Shown here in pieces: positions 11,243 through 26,600 of a stretch of 64,000 nt of DNA. The notes below the pieces were generated by a model. It was not told the origin of the DNA and ran no database searches. It was given only the letters and a program-made list of their open reading frames with translations. Source of the stretch: Antedon mediterranea (lineage: Eukaryota; Animalia; Echinodermata); NCBI RefSeq assembly GCF_964355755.1, contig NC_092678.1:17217881-17281880 (forward strand). Reading direction: 5' to 3'. A program made the position numbers and the translations under genes. Within the stretch, counting starts at the first letter, position 1; the number at the start of each line of letters is the position of its first letter.

Positions 11243-12821
11243 AGGGGGATTCTGGGTTTAAAATTGCTTTTAAATATCGTTTATTTATTAAATAAAAAAT
11301 ATTATAACAATATAGACATTTCAGAATGAAGAAGTAATAACGAGAAATTAAAAAAATAAAATTTCATATACATTTTAGGGTAAATTCATGAAAAGTCTGT
11401 TTTTTAGCAGCTTAGGGAAGCTCATTAATATTCATGAGATATTCACAAAATCACGTCACCAGTGGATTCCAAACTCGCGACGTCATGTACGTTGTGTTTG
11501 TCAACTAATTTACATCTCTCTCCCCTGTCAAACGACGACCACCATTGTGATCATTGTGAAATACATTTTTTGTAGATTTTCTAAGCTAGGCCTAAAGTGT
11601 AATAATAACAGTAGTAGCATTTATTTATTTGACATTTAATGAAATACAAAATTTAGTACAGATATGGAGTCATAAATTATACTATTTTTATACCTCTATA
11701 GTACAGATCGTATTATCGGCTTCACGTACAACACTACTCTAGGCCTAGCCTAATAATAATATGGGCGAGAGCCATTCTGACTAGGGATTCCATGCCACGA
11801 TGGCTACGTTAAAACAATGGGGCCCATGGGCCTAGCTAGCCTACTAGGCCTACTAGACGATTGGCCCATAAATAAAAAAACCCATCCTATCAACCAAACT
11901 CCTAAACAATCTAAACCTAAAACATTCTACAAAATCGGCTGTAAATATTGAAGCAAAACAAGGTCCGATCGCCGTCCACACGTATGGTGTCCCGATCGTC
12001 TAAGTAGGCCTAAAATAAATAGGTTTAGTTTACTCTCCAAAAAAGCGGATACTCATGCATCAAGCAAGTAGACCAGGTAGTAGGAAGGAGACCTAGCCGA
12101 TCCGGCCCAGTTAAAATTGAGCTAGCTAGTGTAGTAGACCCTATGCGAATTGATACTACCAGGCCTTTTACTATAGGCTGCACTACACAAATATTCCAAC
12201 TCTCTCATTCGAGCTATATTATCTATACCATTCCGGTAGGTCGAGTCGACCTTCAATCAAATACTGTACATCGTTCATGTTGTGATTATAGACGGGGTAT
12301 ACTCGACCCGACCAGTTTGGTATTGTTGTATCTGCTTATCACGTGACGATGCCAGGCATGGGCAGCGGAGAGCACGTGTATCGTCGTCTCGCTCGATCCT
12401 CAGCAGGAATGTACAGTATACGTTACGCTTCATTGATTTTGATTTTTCCCTAAGTCGGTGCGAAAATCGGCAAACGTAAAGTGCAAACATATCTAATTTT
12501 TCACTGTTTTGATGAATTTTCATAAAAAATTGACTTTATAAATGGGAAGACCGACTAAAATTACATCAGATAAGTATAATTTTACAAAAGTAATTGATAT
12601 GGTTTATGATAACGAGTCGTCGGAAGATGGACCATTTCACGAATTTCCTATTTTGTAACCACAGTGTGATTTTGCCGTAGCTGCACTTGTAATCTGGCCT
12701 GATTTCACAGCCTTCGTTCTGCTTCACTGGGCGCTTATATAAATTGAAACTTTTACCGTTCAAGAGACAAACAAATATATTTTACATTTTTTACTATTCA
12801 TTTTAAACCCGGAACCCCCCT
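11243..12821. mobile_element. Kolobok-like non-autonomous DNA transposon
   Basis: TTAA TSD, 21-bp imperfect TIR agggggattctgggtttaaaa / ttttaaacccggaacccccct; empty site aaaacattaataaagc in the paralog near 5025. Confidence 0.8.
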
Positions 12822-13529
12822 TTAATAAAGCAAAGAGTGTTAATTAATGAGATGTAAAGCACATTTTAGCATGAGGAAGTGAAAATATGGAGGGAGAGAA
12901 AACATAAAGTGTAGACACAGATATCACCTCACAAGCAATCTATTGCTGACCCAGTGTGAAGGCCGAAATCAAGAGTTGTTCCTGCTCCCCAATTTATTTA
13001 TAAAACTTGAAAAGCAGAAAAAAGATGAGGAGGTGTATGTTTGTTTGTTGCCAGATGCCTATAACGCTGTTTCAGATTTTAAGTTAAGTTTATCTTACGG
13101 ACGGATAACGCTAATAATGTACGTACCACAACATTAGGTAACCGATACGCCCCCATTATGATAAGTGCGAATAAAGAAAAAGTGCTATTCCACTGTACGG
13201 AGGGATAGCTACCCGATGCCTCTCATAATAATATTATTTTTCATTCAATAACATTTACTAATAATGATAATAATAATTTACTTTAAAACAAACGAATACA
13301 AGTAGGTCTATCACTACACACAATACAACTACAAACAGAAGCTTGTGTTAAAATAAAGGTTTATGGATCAATCATAATCAAACAAAAACGGTCATATTAT
13401 ATTATTTTAGTTTTGGATGAATATTCTGTCTTTGCAAAGAGTAATGAAATGATGTGACAAAAAGTGTGGTTATCTTACAACGAAAATATATTATTTTCAA
13501 AAGTATGATAAACAATAGAAAGCACTCAA

Positions 13530-13601
13530 AGTACTGTCAATGATGTCAAACCATCAAACACGTTTTCTGATATTGTAGTTATTTGGTTATCATACAACCA
13601 C
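13530..13601 (-). pseudogene. LRR exon (WLYDNQITTISENVFDGLTSLTVL) with donor GT>TT mutation
   Basis: 72 bp after ttttcag, open frame; followed by ttgagt rather than gtgagt. Confidence 0.85.
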
Positions 13602-16600
13602 CTGAAAATCGTGAAAAAATGCATTAAATAAGTATATATACAGTACAAAAGGATAGTACGATAAAAAAAATGATTTTTTAAATTTCGAAATACAAACAAA
13701 ATATAACAACACATATCTATATTGTGCCAACAGAGGCCATAGACGGCTTATATCTAATTAGGCGTGTCACTCCAGCAGTGAAACCATTAGGCCTACAAGG
13801 TATATACAAGGACATAATAATATTTGTCTAATGTTACTTTAGCTCGTATTATCATTATTTGCATGTTTTAGCTGTTTTTCTTTAACAGCTTTTACATGAT
13901 ATAACTATGTTTTATCTGGATTTACTGTAATCATGTTGTAATTTCCATATCATATGATTTCTGGATGTAGATTAATATCTACGATACAATACAACCGTTA
14001 AATGACGATGATCCATGTATTCTGCTATATTTTTATTTTTCATTATGGCCGCCGATGTTGCTACAGTAACTGAATTAAATACCGTAATCGCATAAACAAT
14101 GTCAAAATAGAAAAACTCAAAAAGAGCAAAAAGAAAGATATTACATTTGATCGTATTACGCATGAAACAGACATATTTCATTGAAGTATTAATTCCTAAA
14201 ATAAAATAATTGTTTTTATAAGGCATAGCGTTAAACTGACGTTTTCATGAGAGGAAGATATACAATATTTGTTTCTGGTGCACAATAAGCATATTACAAC
14301 ACTATTACACTAAAGCATAAAGTTACACTTAACTGTGCCTTAACACCGTTTAACAGTTCACCTGATACAAAATTCTGATTTGTCCAAATTTCTTTTTAAA
14401 AAATCTGACAAATATAAACATGAAGAAATAAAAAGCATGCAATGTCATTAATATACATCAGACTTATTATAATGACATCAATTTTCGATAATCATAAGGA
14501 CGAGTTCTCGAATGATTCTCTCATTTGTGCCGATGGAATTGATATTTCCTAAGTTCACCTAACTACGGAGGAATAACGCTGTTCATGTACGTACCACACT
14601 ACATTATATAACAGATGCCTCACATAATGACGTTTTCATGAGAGGAAGATATATTACATTTGTTCCGTGTGAACAATAAGCTTATTACAACACTATTGCA
14701 AATCATATATGAAATGAAACAATATGTCATAGTTCACTACTGTAGTAATGGATGGATAACGCAAACGTATACGTACCACCACACTATATAGATAACAAAT
14801 GGCTCTTATAATGACGTTTTCTTAGAGGAAGATATAATAAATATTTGTTCCGCGTGCAAAATAAGCTTATAACACTATTGTAGATTATACGTGAATCGAA
14901 ACAATTATGTCGAGTGTGCCTATTCCTTCTTGTTTTATTGTGGACAACCGCATAGAGAAACTTTAACATTTAACGCCATACGTCTGGATTGTCTGTGATT
15001 TTAAACGATTGTCAATGCTATCTCGATATATGACAATTATTTCAATTTGGTAATACAGAATCTCAAATGTATCACATGTGATTCTTGTATCATTAGGTTA
15101 AGAATAAACATTTAAAATAATTATATAATTTCTCATTTAATAAAACATACCAGTTATACAACAAACTACGTACAGGAGCTCGAGCTTATGTTAAAGTAGT
15201 ACATATTTTTTATCATTTATATTAAGAATACATTAATCATAATGTTTAATGATGCTGTATTATCGAATTTTAATGTTACTGGAGAAATCGAGATACAATA
15301 CCGATAATCAGGTGTGTTAGACCAGAATACGTTACTCTGGCTTAAAATGGAGGTCTTTGCTTTAACCACGTTCTGAAATGTGTCTGTAAGATTATGTTAG
15401 GCAAAAACAACACCTTGTATACCATAGCAGCCTGGTGTAGAGACCTATATATTGCCTACGCTAAATTCTTTCTTAAACTTGTTCCCACTTATACCTTCTA
15501 GAGGAATGTTATCCATAGATATAACCCTAATATACTGCTGATTGGATTCATCATTTTATAATTGTAACACAATGTGTCATAAGAACTGTTCGTTATACCA
15601 TGGTAGTATTTGCTACAGCATGTATAAGCTCTGAAAACTCCAAAATGACCAATCCTGAGTTACAGCTACGACGGTGCTACAGTAACTGAATTAAATAGTC
15701 TTGTTCGCAAACAATGCCAAAAACTTAAAACGAGCAAAAAGAAGATATTACATTTGAACGTATTAGGCCTATACATGAAACAGACATATTCCGTAGAAGT
15801 ATTAATTAATAATTAATTCCTAAAATAAAATAATTGTTTTTTTGAGGCATTGAGTTAAAATTACGTTTTCATGAGAGGAAGAAAATATAATATTTGTTCC
15901 TCGTGCAAAATAAGCTTATTACAACACTGTTGCAGATTATACGTGAATCGGCGACGATTGTACGGAGGCCTGTCTATTTTTGTTTTCGTATCTAATTTTG
16001 GCTTTCAAAAATGGCAGCGCAAAGCAATCGCTATCCCTGGATCCGACCCGTCGTATTATTTTGATATACAATGATAGAGGTTCAGACGTTCTGTAGTATA
16101 TTTAAATTGTATTATTTGTATGTTCCCTTTAAACTTCATCTTAATTTCAAATAGAAAACTATCAATAAAGTAATATTGTTTACTTAGAAGTGTGCCAATT
16201 ATCCAGCATAGAAGAAAACAAAATCGGACAAAATTTAAACACATGTTACCAGGTTTTTTTAAACATTATTAAAGCAAAGTGTGTTAATTATTGAGATGTA
16301 AAGCACATAGGCTGATTTTAGCATGATGAAGTGCAAATATGGAGGGAGGGGAAATATAAAATGTAGACACATATCACCTCACACGCAAGCTATTACTGAC
16401 ACAGTGTGAAGGCCGAAATCAAGAGACTAGTTGTTTGACGGGATGTCCCCAATTATTGTGATCCCTTATTTTAGAACTTGAAAAGCAGAAAAAAGAGGAG
16501 AATGTGTAGGCCTATGTTTGTTTGTTGCCAGATGCCTATAACGCTGGTTCAGATTTTAAGTTAAGTTTATCTTACTGACGGATAACGCTAATAATGTACC

Positions 16601-17010
16601 TACCACCACATTAGGTAACCGATGCGCCCCCATTATGACACGTGCGAATAAAGAAAAATAATTGCTATTCAACCGGACGGAGGGATAGGTAACCGATGCC
16701 TCTCTTAATAACATTATTTTTTATTTAATAACATTTACTAATAATGATAATAATAATTTGCTAAAACAAACGAATACAAGTAGGTCTATCATTACACACA
16801 ATACAACTACATACAGGAGCTTGTGTTAAAATAAAGGTTTAGTGATCAATAAAAATCAAACAAAAACAGGCATATTATATTATTTTAGTTTTGGATGAAT
16901 ATTCTGTCTTTGCAAAAAGTAAAAATGAAATGATGTGACAAAAAGTGTAGTTACATTACAAAGAAAATATACTATTTTCAAAAGTATGATAAACAACAGA
17001 AAGCACTCAC

Positions 17011-17082
17011 AGTTCTGTCAACGATGTCAAACCATCAAACACGTTTTCTGATATTGTAGTTATTCTGTTTCTGTCCAACCAC
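17011..17082 (-). CDS. Intact single-LRR exon (WLDRNRITTISENVFDGLTSLTEL)
   Basis: atttccag|72 bp|gtgagt, phase 2-2, open frame, LRR consensus. Confidence 0.9.
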
Positions 17083-17989
17083 CTGGAAATCGTGAAAAAA
17101 TGCATTAAATAAGTATATATACAGTACCAAAGGATAGTACGATAAAAAACAATTATTTTTTAAATTTGTAAATACAGAAAAATATAACAACAAATATCTT
17201 ATTGTGCAAACAGAGGCCAAAAAAAGCTTATGTCTATTAGGCGTGTCACTCCAGCAGTGAAAACATTACAGGGTAGGCCTATATACAAGGACATAAAAAT
17301 ATTTGTTTAATGTTACTTTAGCTCGTATTATCATTAGTTGCATGTTTTAGCTGTTTTTCTTTAACTGCTTTTACATGATATAAAGATATTACATTTGATC
17401 GTATTACACATGAAACAGACATATTCCGTAGAAGTATTAATTCCTAAAATAAAATAATTGTTTTTATGAGGCATAGCGTTAAACTGACGTTTTCATGAGA
17501 GGAAGATATATAATATTTGTTCCTCGTGCACAATAAGCTTATTACAACACTATTACACTAAAACATAAAGTTACACTTAACTGTGCCTTAACACCGTTTA
17601 ATAGTTCACCCGATACAAAATTCTGATTTGTCAAAATTTCTTTAAAAAAAAATCTGACAAATATAAACATGAAGAAATAAAAAGCAATGTCATAAGGACG
17701 AGTTCTCGAACGATTCTCTCATGCTCATTGCTATTAAACCGGACGGAGGGATAGGTAACCGATGCCTCTCTTAATAACATTATTTTTTATTTAATAACAT
17801 TTACTAGTTTAGTTGGTTTAGTGATCAATAAAAATCAAACAAAAACAGGCATATTATATTATTTTAGTTTTGGATGAATATTCTGTCTTTGCAAAGAGTA
17901 AAAATGAAATGATGTGACAAAAAGTGTGGTTACATTACAAAGAAAATATACTATTTTCAAATGTATGATAAACAATAGAAAGCACTCAC

Positions 17990-18061
17990 AGCCCTGTCAA
18001 TGATGTCAAACCATCAAACACGTTTTCTGATATTGTAGTTATTTTGTTACTGCCCAACCCT
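17990..18061 (-). CDS. Intact single-LRR exon (GLGSNKITTISENVFDGLTSLTGL)
   Basis: ttttcag|72 bp|gtgagt, phase 2-2, LRR consensus. Confidence 0.9.
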
Positions 18062-20365
18062 CTGAAAATTGTGAAAAAATGCATTAAATAAGTATATAAA
18101 TACAGTACCAAAGGATAGTACGATAAAAAAAAATTATTTTTTAAATTTGTAAATACAAAAAAATATAACAACAAATATCTTATTGTGCAAACAGAGGCCA
18201 AAAAAAGCTTATGTCTATTAGGCGTGTCACTCCAGCAGTGAAAACATTACAGGGTAGGCCTATATACAAGGACATAAAAATGTTTGTTTAATGTTACTTT
18301 AGCTCGTATTATCATTAGTTGCATGTTTTAGCTGTTTTTCTTTAACTGCTTTTACATGATATAACTATGTTTTATCTAGATTTACTGTAAATATGTTGTA
18401 ATTTCTTTAATATCTACGATACAATACAACCGTTAAATGACGATGATCCATGTATTCTGCTATGTTTTTATTTTTCATTATGGCCGCCGATATTGCTACA
18501 GTAACTGAATTAAATAGTCTTGAGTTCGCATAAACAATGTCAAAATAGAAAAAATCAAAAAGAGCAAAACGAAAGATATTACATTTGATCGTATTACACA
18601 TGAAACAGACATATTCCGTAGAAGTATTAATTCCTACAATAAAATAATTGTTTTTATGAGGCATAGCGTTAAACTGACGTTTTCATGAGAGGAAGATATA
18701 AAATATTTGTTACTCGTGCACAATAAGCTTATTACAACACTATTACACTAAAGCATAAAGTTACACTTAACTGTGCCTTAACACCGTTTAATAGTTCAAC
18801 CGATACAACATTCTGATTTGTCCAAATTTCTTTTTTAAAAAATCTGACAAATATAAACATGAAGAAATAAAAAGCAATGTCATTAATATACATCAGACTT
18901 AAGAATAATGACATCAATTTTCGATAATCATAAGGACGAGTTCTCGAATGATTCTCTCATTTGTGCCGATGGAATTGATATTTCCTAAGTTTACCTAACT
19001 ACGGAGGAATAGATGCCTCAAATAATAACGTTTTCATGAGAGGAAGATATATAACATTTGTTCCCCGTCAACACTATTTCAAATCCCATGAATCGAAACA
19101 ATATGTCGAGTGTGCCTATTCCTTCTTGTTCTTATTCCTCTTGAGAGGAAGATATATAACATTTGTTCCGCGTGCAAAATAAGCTTATAACACTATTGTA
19201 GATTATACGTGAATCGAAACAATTATGTTGAGTGTGCCTATTCCTTCTTGTGTTACTGTGGACAACCGCATAGAGAAACTTTAACATTAACGCCATGCGT
19301 CTGGATTGTCTGTGATTTTAAACGATTGTCAATGCTATCTCGACATATGACAATTATTTCTATTTGGTAATACAGAATCTCAAATGTATCACATGTGGTT
19401 CTTGTATCATTAGGTTAAGAATAAACATTTATAATAATTATATAATTTCTCATTTAATAAAACATACCAGTTATACAACAAACTACGTACAGGAGCTCGA
19501 GCTTGTGTTAAATTAGTACATATTTTTTATCATTTATATTAAGAATACATTAATCATAATGTTTAATGATGCTGTAATATCGAATGTTAATGTTACTTGA
19601 GAAATCGAGATAGAATACCGATAATCAGGTGTGTTAGACCAGAATACGTTACTCCTGCTTAAAATGGAGGTCTTTGCTTTCACCACGTTCTGAAATGTGC
19701 CTGTAAGATTATGTTAGGCAAAAACAATACCGTGTATACCTAATAGCGGCCTGGTGAGACCTATGTATTGCCTTCGTTAAATCCTTTCTTAAACTTGTTC
19801 CCACTTATACCTTTTAGAGGAATGTTATCCATAGATATAACCCTAATATACTGCTGATTGGATTCCTCATTTCATAATTGTAACACAGTGTGTCATAAGA
19901 ACTGTTCGTTATACCATGGTAGTATGTGGTGCAATTAATTAAAGAATTATATGATTTGTAAATAGTTTACACAAAGTGCAACACAGTGTGACGTATTATC
20001 TGCTACAATATCTAATGATTACACATTTTTAATAATTATGTAATTTCTCATTTAATAAAACACTTTTAATAAAAAATTACCGTATTAAACGTAGAAATCA
20101 ACGTATAAAAACAATAAGTATATACAGTACCAACGGAAATTACGATAATAAAGTATCTATTTTATTAATTTCGGAATACAAAAAAAAAATAACAAAAAAA
20201 TATCTATATTGTGCCAACAGAGGCCAAAAAGACTTATGTCCAATTAGGCGTGTCACTCTGACAGTGAAACAATTACAAGGTATAATTGATATAATACTAA
20301 TGTAATGTTACTTTATCTCGTATTATCATTATTTGCATGTTTTAGCTGTTTTTCATTAACTGTCT

Positions 20366-20627
20366 TTGCAACCATCCTCTTCATAAGGATATTATCGGCT
20401 CCGTTATCGTTAGAAGTGGTAGGATGAGGACGGTGAATGCGCAGACGGACCGTTACAAGTACTCGTTCTACCCAGCTGGGATAAGGCATTATAACAAAAC
20501 ATTTGTTAGATAGTCCTCGTTATATTTATATTTATTTTAGGCAAGCCAATGTTTATGAGCACTGTAATTTCCATTATTATTTTGGACAATAAATGAATCT
20601 GTATCTGTATCTGTATCTGTATCTGTA
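20366..20627 (+). mobile_element. Duplicate of the LINE 3' fragment at 3890-4151
   Basis: Near-identical sequence at offset 16476. Confidence 0.7.
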
Positions 20628-22006
20628 TAATTACAATGTTTTATCTAGATTAACTGTAATCATGTTGTACTTTCCATATCATATGATTTCTCGTATTATC
20701 ATTATTTGCATGTTTTAGCTGTTTTTCATATGATTTCTAGATGTATTTCAATATCTACTATACAATACAACCGTTAAATGACGATGATCCATGTATTCTG
20801 CTATATTTTTATTTTTCATTATGGCCGCCGATGGTGCTACAGTAACTGAATTAAAGAGACAAAACAATGCCAAAATAGAAAAACTCAAAAAGAGCAAAAA
20901 GAAAGATATTACATTTGAACGTATTAAGCATGAAACAGACATATTTCATAGAAGTATTAATTCCTAAAACAAAATAATTGTTTTTATGTTTAACTCTATG
21001 CCTAATAGAGTTAAACTGACGTTTTTATGAGATGAAGATATATACTATTTGTTCCACGTGTACAATAAGCTTATAAAACTATTGCAGATTATACGTGAAT
21101 CGGACCGGTGACGAGTCGGTGACAAACCGAACGGATCATCCAGGAGTTCTGAAACGTCTGGCCAAGTGCGCTCTCTTTGCGCAGTATTATACGGAGGCGT
21201 GTCTATTTTTGTTTTCGTATCTAATTTTGGCTTTAAAAACATGTCAGCCCAAAATAATCGCTACCCCTGGATCCGCCCCGTCGGAATATTGTCGATATAA
21301 AATGATGGAGGTTCAGACGTTCTGTGGTAGGCCTACATTTAAATTGTATTATTTGTATTCCCTCTTTAAACTTCATCTTAATTTCAATAAAATAATATCA
21401 ATTAAGTAATATTGTTTACTTAGAAGTGTGCCAGTTATTCAGCACTGAAGAAAACAAAATCAGAAAAATGTAAACACATGTTACCAGGTTTTTTTAAAAC
21501 ATTAATAAAGCTAAGTGTGTTAATTAATGACATGTAAAGAACATTTTAGCATGAGGAAGTGAAAATATGGAGGGAAAGAAAACATAAAGTGTAGACACAT
21601 ATATCACCTCACAAGCAATCTATTGCTGACCCAGTGTGAAGCCAGAAATCAAGAGTTGTTCCTGCTCCCCAATTATTGTGGTCTCTTTATTTATAAAACT
21701 TGAAAAGCAGAAAAAAGAGGAGGAGGTGTATGTTTGTTTGTTGGCAGTCTATAACGCTGGTTCAGATTTTAAGTTAAGTTTATCTTACGGACGGATAACG
21801 CTAATAATGTACGTACCACCACATTAGGTAACCGATGCGCCCTCATTATGACGTTTTTTATAAGAGAAATTTACAAACCATGTGTTGCGCGTGCGAATAA
21901 AGAACAAGTGCAGCTATTCCACCTTACGGAGGGAAAGATAACCAATGCCTCTCATAATAACATTATTTTTCATTTTAATAATATTTACTAATAATGTTAA
22001 TAACAA

Positions 22007-23066
22007 CTAGATTTGAACTCGTAACTATGGACGAGTTTGGTTATCCGCAGCGAAAATGCCACGTGTACGTCATACTTTAGAATATTGCGCACAGAAAAAC
22101 GATTATGCCATTGAAAAAATGTTAGTGTGCTCTCTATTATATGTCACGTCTAAGTATATAGAGTATACACTATATATCTGTATACGTACTACATACAGTG
22201 CAGAATAGGTGAAAATACCGGGACCCGCATTTTCATCCAATTTTTACCATGATGATGTCTTCAAAATGAAACACGTAGATAGCAATTTTGGAAGGAAATT
22301 ATCCGAGCAACAACATATCAACGTGTTGAATAAATTTGGATACGTAGAATACGGAAGCGCGCTCTTTTAAATGTCATGAACTATGACGCCAAATATGAAA
22401 TGACTACTGTTATAATTGAACTGGCCATATGATGACGTCACAACATTCGATTCGCATAATTTGTACATGAATTCATATTGTACAATTCAACAGCTTCCAG
22501 AAAACGTTTTAATCATGAGTATCACTTTTTATTCTGAGGAGCTATAATAAATTTAAATTTATTGGAATGATGAAAAAAAGTAACCAAAGTTATTCACGCT
22601 TTTGAACATGATGAAGTCATAACAATTTTAAAAATGGTAAATCATGCGAAAGATAATTGATTGACTTAGACAATATAAACATATGGGGGAAAATGGAATA
22701 TGGATAAGTGGAGATGCGCTCTATTAAATGTGATGAGCTATGACAAAAGAGACAAAAATCCTATATTTTATATTCGAGTGGCCATACGATGACGTCACAA
22801 TGTCTAGTTAGCCATATTGATACATGATCCGATATCAACAACTCATCTACTTCCAGAATATGTAAAAAAAAAACTTCACCATGTAGTTTAGAAACTATGA
22901 CTGTTTAAAAAAAGTCATCATTTTGACGATTTTTTTTACTTTTTCATAAAAAACGGGCGCAAATTGTCCAATTCGACGTGCTCGTATGACGTGATTTTAA
23001 TTCGAAATTATTTGAAAGCTGGGAAAATTACTAGAAAAGGCTGGAAAAACATAAATCACGCGAAAA
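22007..23066 (-). mobile_element. Duplicate Helentron/HINE-like element
   Basis: Copy of 5532-6590. Confidence 0.65.
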
Positions 23067-23208
23067 AAATAACATTTACTAATAATGATAATAATAATTA
23101 TAGGAATAGGGCAAAGGGTAAAACATAAAATGATGTGACAATAAGTGTGGTTATATTACAACGAAAATATACTATTTTCAAAAGTATGATAAACAAGAGC
23201 AAACACTC

Positions 23209-23280
23209 AGTTCTGTCAATGATGTCAAAACATCAAACACATTTGCTGTTAATGTAGTTATTTGGTTATTGTACAAGTAC
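23209..23280 (-). pseudogene. LRR exon (YLYNNQITTLTANVFDVLTSLTEL) with broken donor; duplicate of 6734-6805
   Basis: Same exon sequence and same donor lesion. Confidence 0.85.
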
Positions 23281-23644
23281 CTGAAAACCGTGAAAAAATT
23301 CAATAAAGAAGTACAGTATATATACAGTACCAAAGAATAGTACGATAAAAATTATCTATTTATTAATTTAGAAATACTTTCCATATCATATGATTTCTGG
23401 ATGTAGATGTGTTCTGCTATATTTTTACGTTTGATATAACATGATAGAGGTTCAGACGTTCTGTGGTATATTTATTATTGTTTTATTTGTATGTTCCCGG
23501 TAAACTTCATCTTAATTTCAAATATAATATTATCAATAAAGTAATATTGTTTACTTAAGCGTGGTTCCCACTAGAACGCAACGCAACGTATCGACGCAAA
23601 CTGCTGTATTGCGTAATCACAAGTGGGAACCGACGACGCTACAA

Positions 23645-26600
23645 TAGACAGGTTCCATTTCTCAAAAAACGGCCTAGAAAACGGATCAAGAAGCATTTTT
23701 GGGTAGAAGCTGGGATCCACTTGATTTAGGATATTTCGACCTCGCTGATTACGAATATGGCGGATCCCAAGCGAAATTCGGCCATCTAAGCCCTTAATTT
23801 GCATAATTAAAAATGGCGGCCATTTTTTATAATTACCCTATATCTCGAGAACCACTAGTCACAGGTAATTAATTTTGGTCTCAAAATGTTTTAAATATAT
23901 GTTTTTATATTCACTTTAATGACACATTTTCTCAAAAAATGGATGCAAGTCTTATTTATGCCATTTTGACCTTTGACCTTGATATATATTTATTATAATG
24001 AAATGTTTTTACAAAAAATGGCCGATTCTACAACTATTGACCTTTGAACTATTAGTCAAATATAATAATATAATAATAATAAAACTTTGAAAATTGTGGT
24101 CTTATGAATTTTGTTTTCTTTTTAAATTGTTTAAAACATGTGTGTTTCTATCTAATGGCATATTTTGTACAAGAATGGCCGATAGTATGGTTATTGACCT
24201 TTAAACTACAGCATAGGCCTACTGTATACTAAATATAATATAATTGCATAACTATGAAATTATTTATACACAATAATAATTAGTAAAATTATAAAATTCA
24301 CTGCCATCAAATATGATGTGTTATGATTTATATAGATTAAAAAAAAATTGAACACGCAAGTTACATTTGTTGAAATTTGAAATTACCTGCCATCAATATG
24401 ATGGAGTATGATTATAGATTTTTTTAAATGTGAACATGTCAGCTACATTTGGAAATTACCTGCCATCAATATGATGGATTATGATTATAGATTTAAAAAA
24501 GAATTTGAACACGTAAGCTACATTTGAAAATTACCTGCCATCAATATGATGGATTATGATTATAGATTTAAAAAAGAATTTGAACACGTCAGCTACATTT
24601 GGAAATTTGGAAATTTGGAAATTACCTGCCATCAATATGATGGATTATGATTGTATAGTACCTGCCATCAATATGATGGATTATGATTATAGATTTAAAA
24701 AAGAATTTGAACACGTAAGCTACATTTGAAAATTACCTGCCATCAATATTATGGATTATGATTGTATAGATTTAAAAGAAAATGTGAACACGTAAGCTAC
24801 ATTTGGAATGAACATGTTAAGGGCATCAGTTAAGATCATTCATGCAAAGGTTTCCGTCATCTTTAGCGTTTTTACAGCGGCATAAAGCTGTACATGGTAG
24901 TTTTGACTTCTTGCACCTACATCTATTGGTTATGCATCGTGTCTTGTATCCACAATAAATCATCTCTAACAAAGCAGTAGGAATAGCTTCATTTTTCAGA
25001 AGCACTGGTTGAAGTTTACCATTAGATAGCTCCCAACCAAAATCTGTTGGTGATGGCAAATGCTGGATTGGCGATACAGCTTTTTTCCATACGAGTGCTT
25101 GGAAGTGTGCTCTTTTTATATGTTGGTGCACTGCATCGCTTGTTGGAGGTAATGCGTCTGGTTTTGTCTGTTTTTTTTAAAGCCCGGACTTCATTGGTAC
25201 TTTTAACTTGACCAACACCGTAAACGTAGCAAATGAATCTTTCCGATTTCATAATAACTTGGTCACTGATAGGTTTTCTCCCAGGTCTTTAATTAGTTCA
25301 TAATGTTTTTTTAATACTTCCCATGCCGATGCCTTTGAGTGACCACTTAGATATGAGCAGGGAAGAGTTAAATTACTGTATGTATGTATTAATGTAATTG
25401 AACTCTTCCCTGGATATGAGGTAGTATCGCATCCACTAATGGTGTGGAATGGAATCAGTGCTTTTGCATAACACTCGGGCAAGGCTTGAAAAATGTTTTT
25501 TATAGATACTTTCTTTTTTGGATGTCCCTGTCATCATCCATTTGGATACCATGCTTTGGTAGTGAGACACTAGAATCACTATTACGTCTGTATCATCCCT
25601 AGAAGCAACTACAACTGTGTCGTATCGGACATTGGCAGCATGACAAGTCTCGTGTCCGATTCTTCATGATCTGCGACCAGAGACAACGTATTATTCGTGT
25701 AGACTTTTGATGATTTAACAACTGATTCTTTCATAAATCCACCAGCTGTGACAATTTCTTTGTCTATAGGAGCTTGACGAATCAACTCCTCTGATAGAAA
25801 TCGTGCCAGATCTGCTTTATTATCTTGTAATGCCAAAAAGTTTGGCAGCGGTATTTCACCACTTTCTATAATTCGACGAATTGGTCTCTGTGTTTTGGTT
25901 CATCTTTGTCTGGTGGTGTCCTTTATCGACAGTTTTAAGTTAGGCATGCCATGTTAAAAAAAACCAAAACCGGGCATTACCTCCAACAAGCGATGCAGTG
26001 CACCAGCATATTAAAAGAGCACACTTCCAAGCACTCGTACTGAAAACAGCTGTATCGCCAATCCAGCATTTGCCATCACCAACAGATTTTGGTTGGGAGC
26101 TATCTAATGGTAAACTTCAACCAGTGCTTCTGAAAAATGAAGCTATTCCTACTGCTTCGTTAGAGATGATTTATTGTGAATGCAAGACACGATGCATAAC
26201 CATATAGATGTAGGTGCAAGAAGTCAAAACTACCATGTACAGCTTTATGCTGCTGTAACCACGCTAAAGATGACGGAAACCTTTGCATGAATGATCAAAA
26301 CTGATGCCCTTAACATGTTCATTCCAAATGTAGCTTACGTGTTCACATTTTCTTTCAAACCTATACAATCATAATCCATCATATTGATGGCAGGTAATTT
26401 CCAAATTTCCAAATGTAACTGACGTGTTCAAATTCTTTTTTAAATCTATAATCATAATCCATCATATTGATGGCAGGTACTATACAATCATAATCCATCA
26501 TATTGATGGCAGGTAATTTCCAAATTCCTGAATGTAGCTGACGTGTTCAAATTCTTTTTTAAATCTACAATCATAATCCATCATATAGATGGCAGGTAAT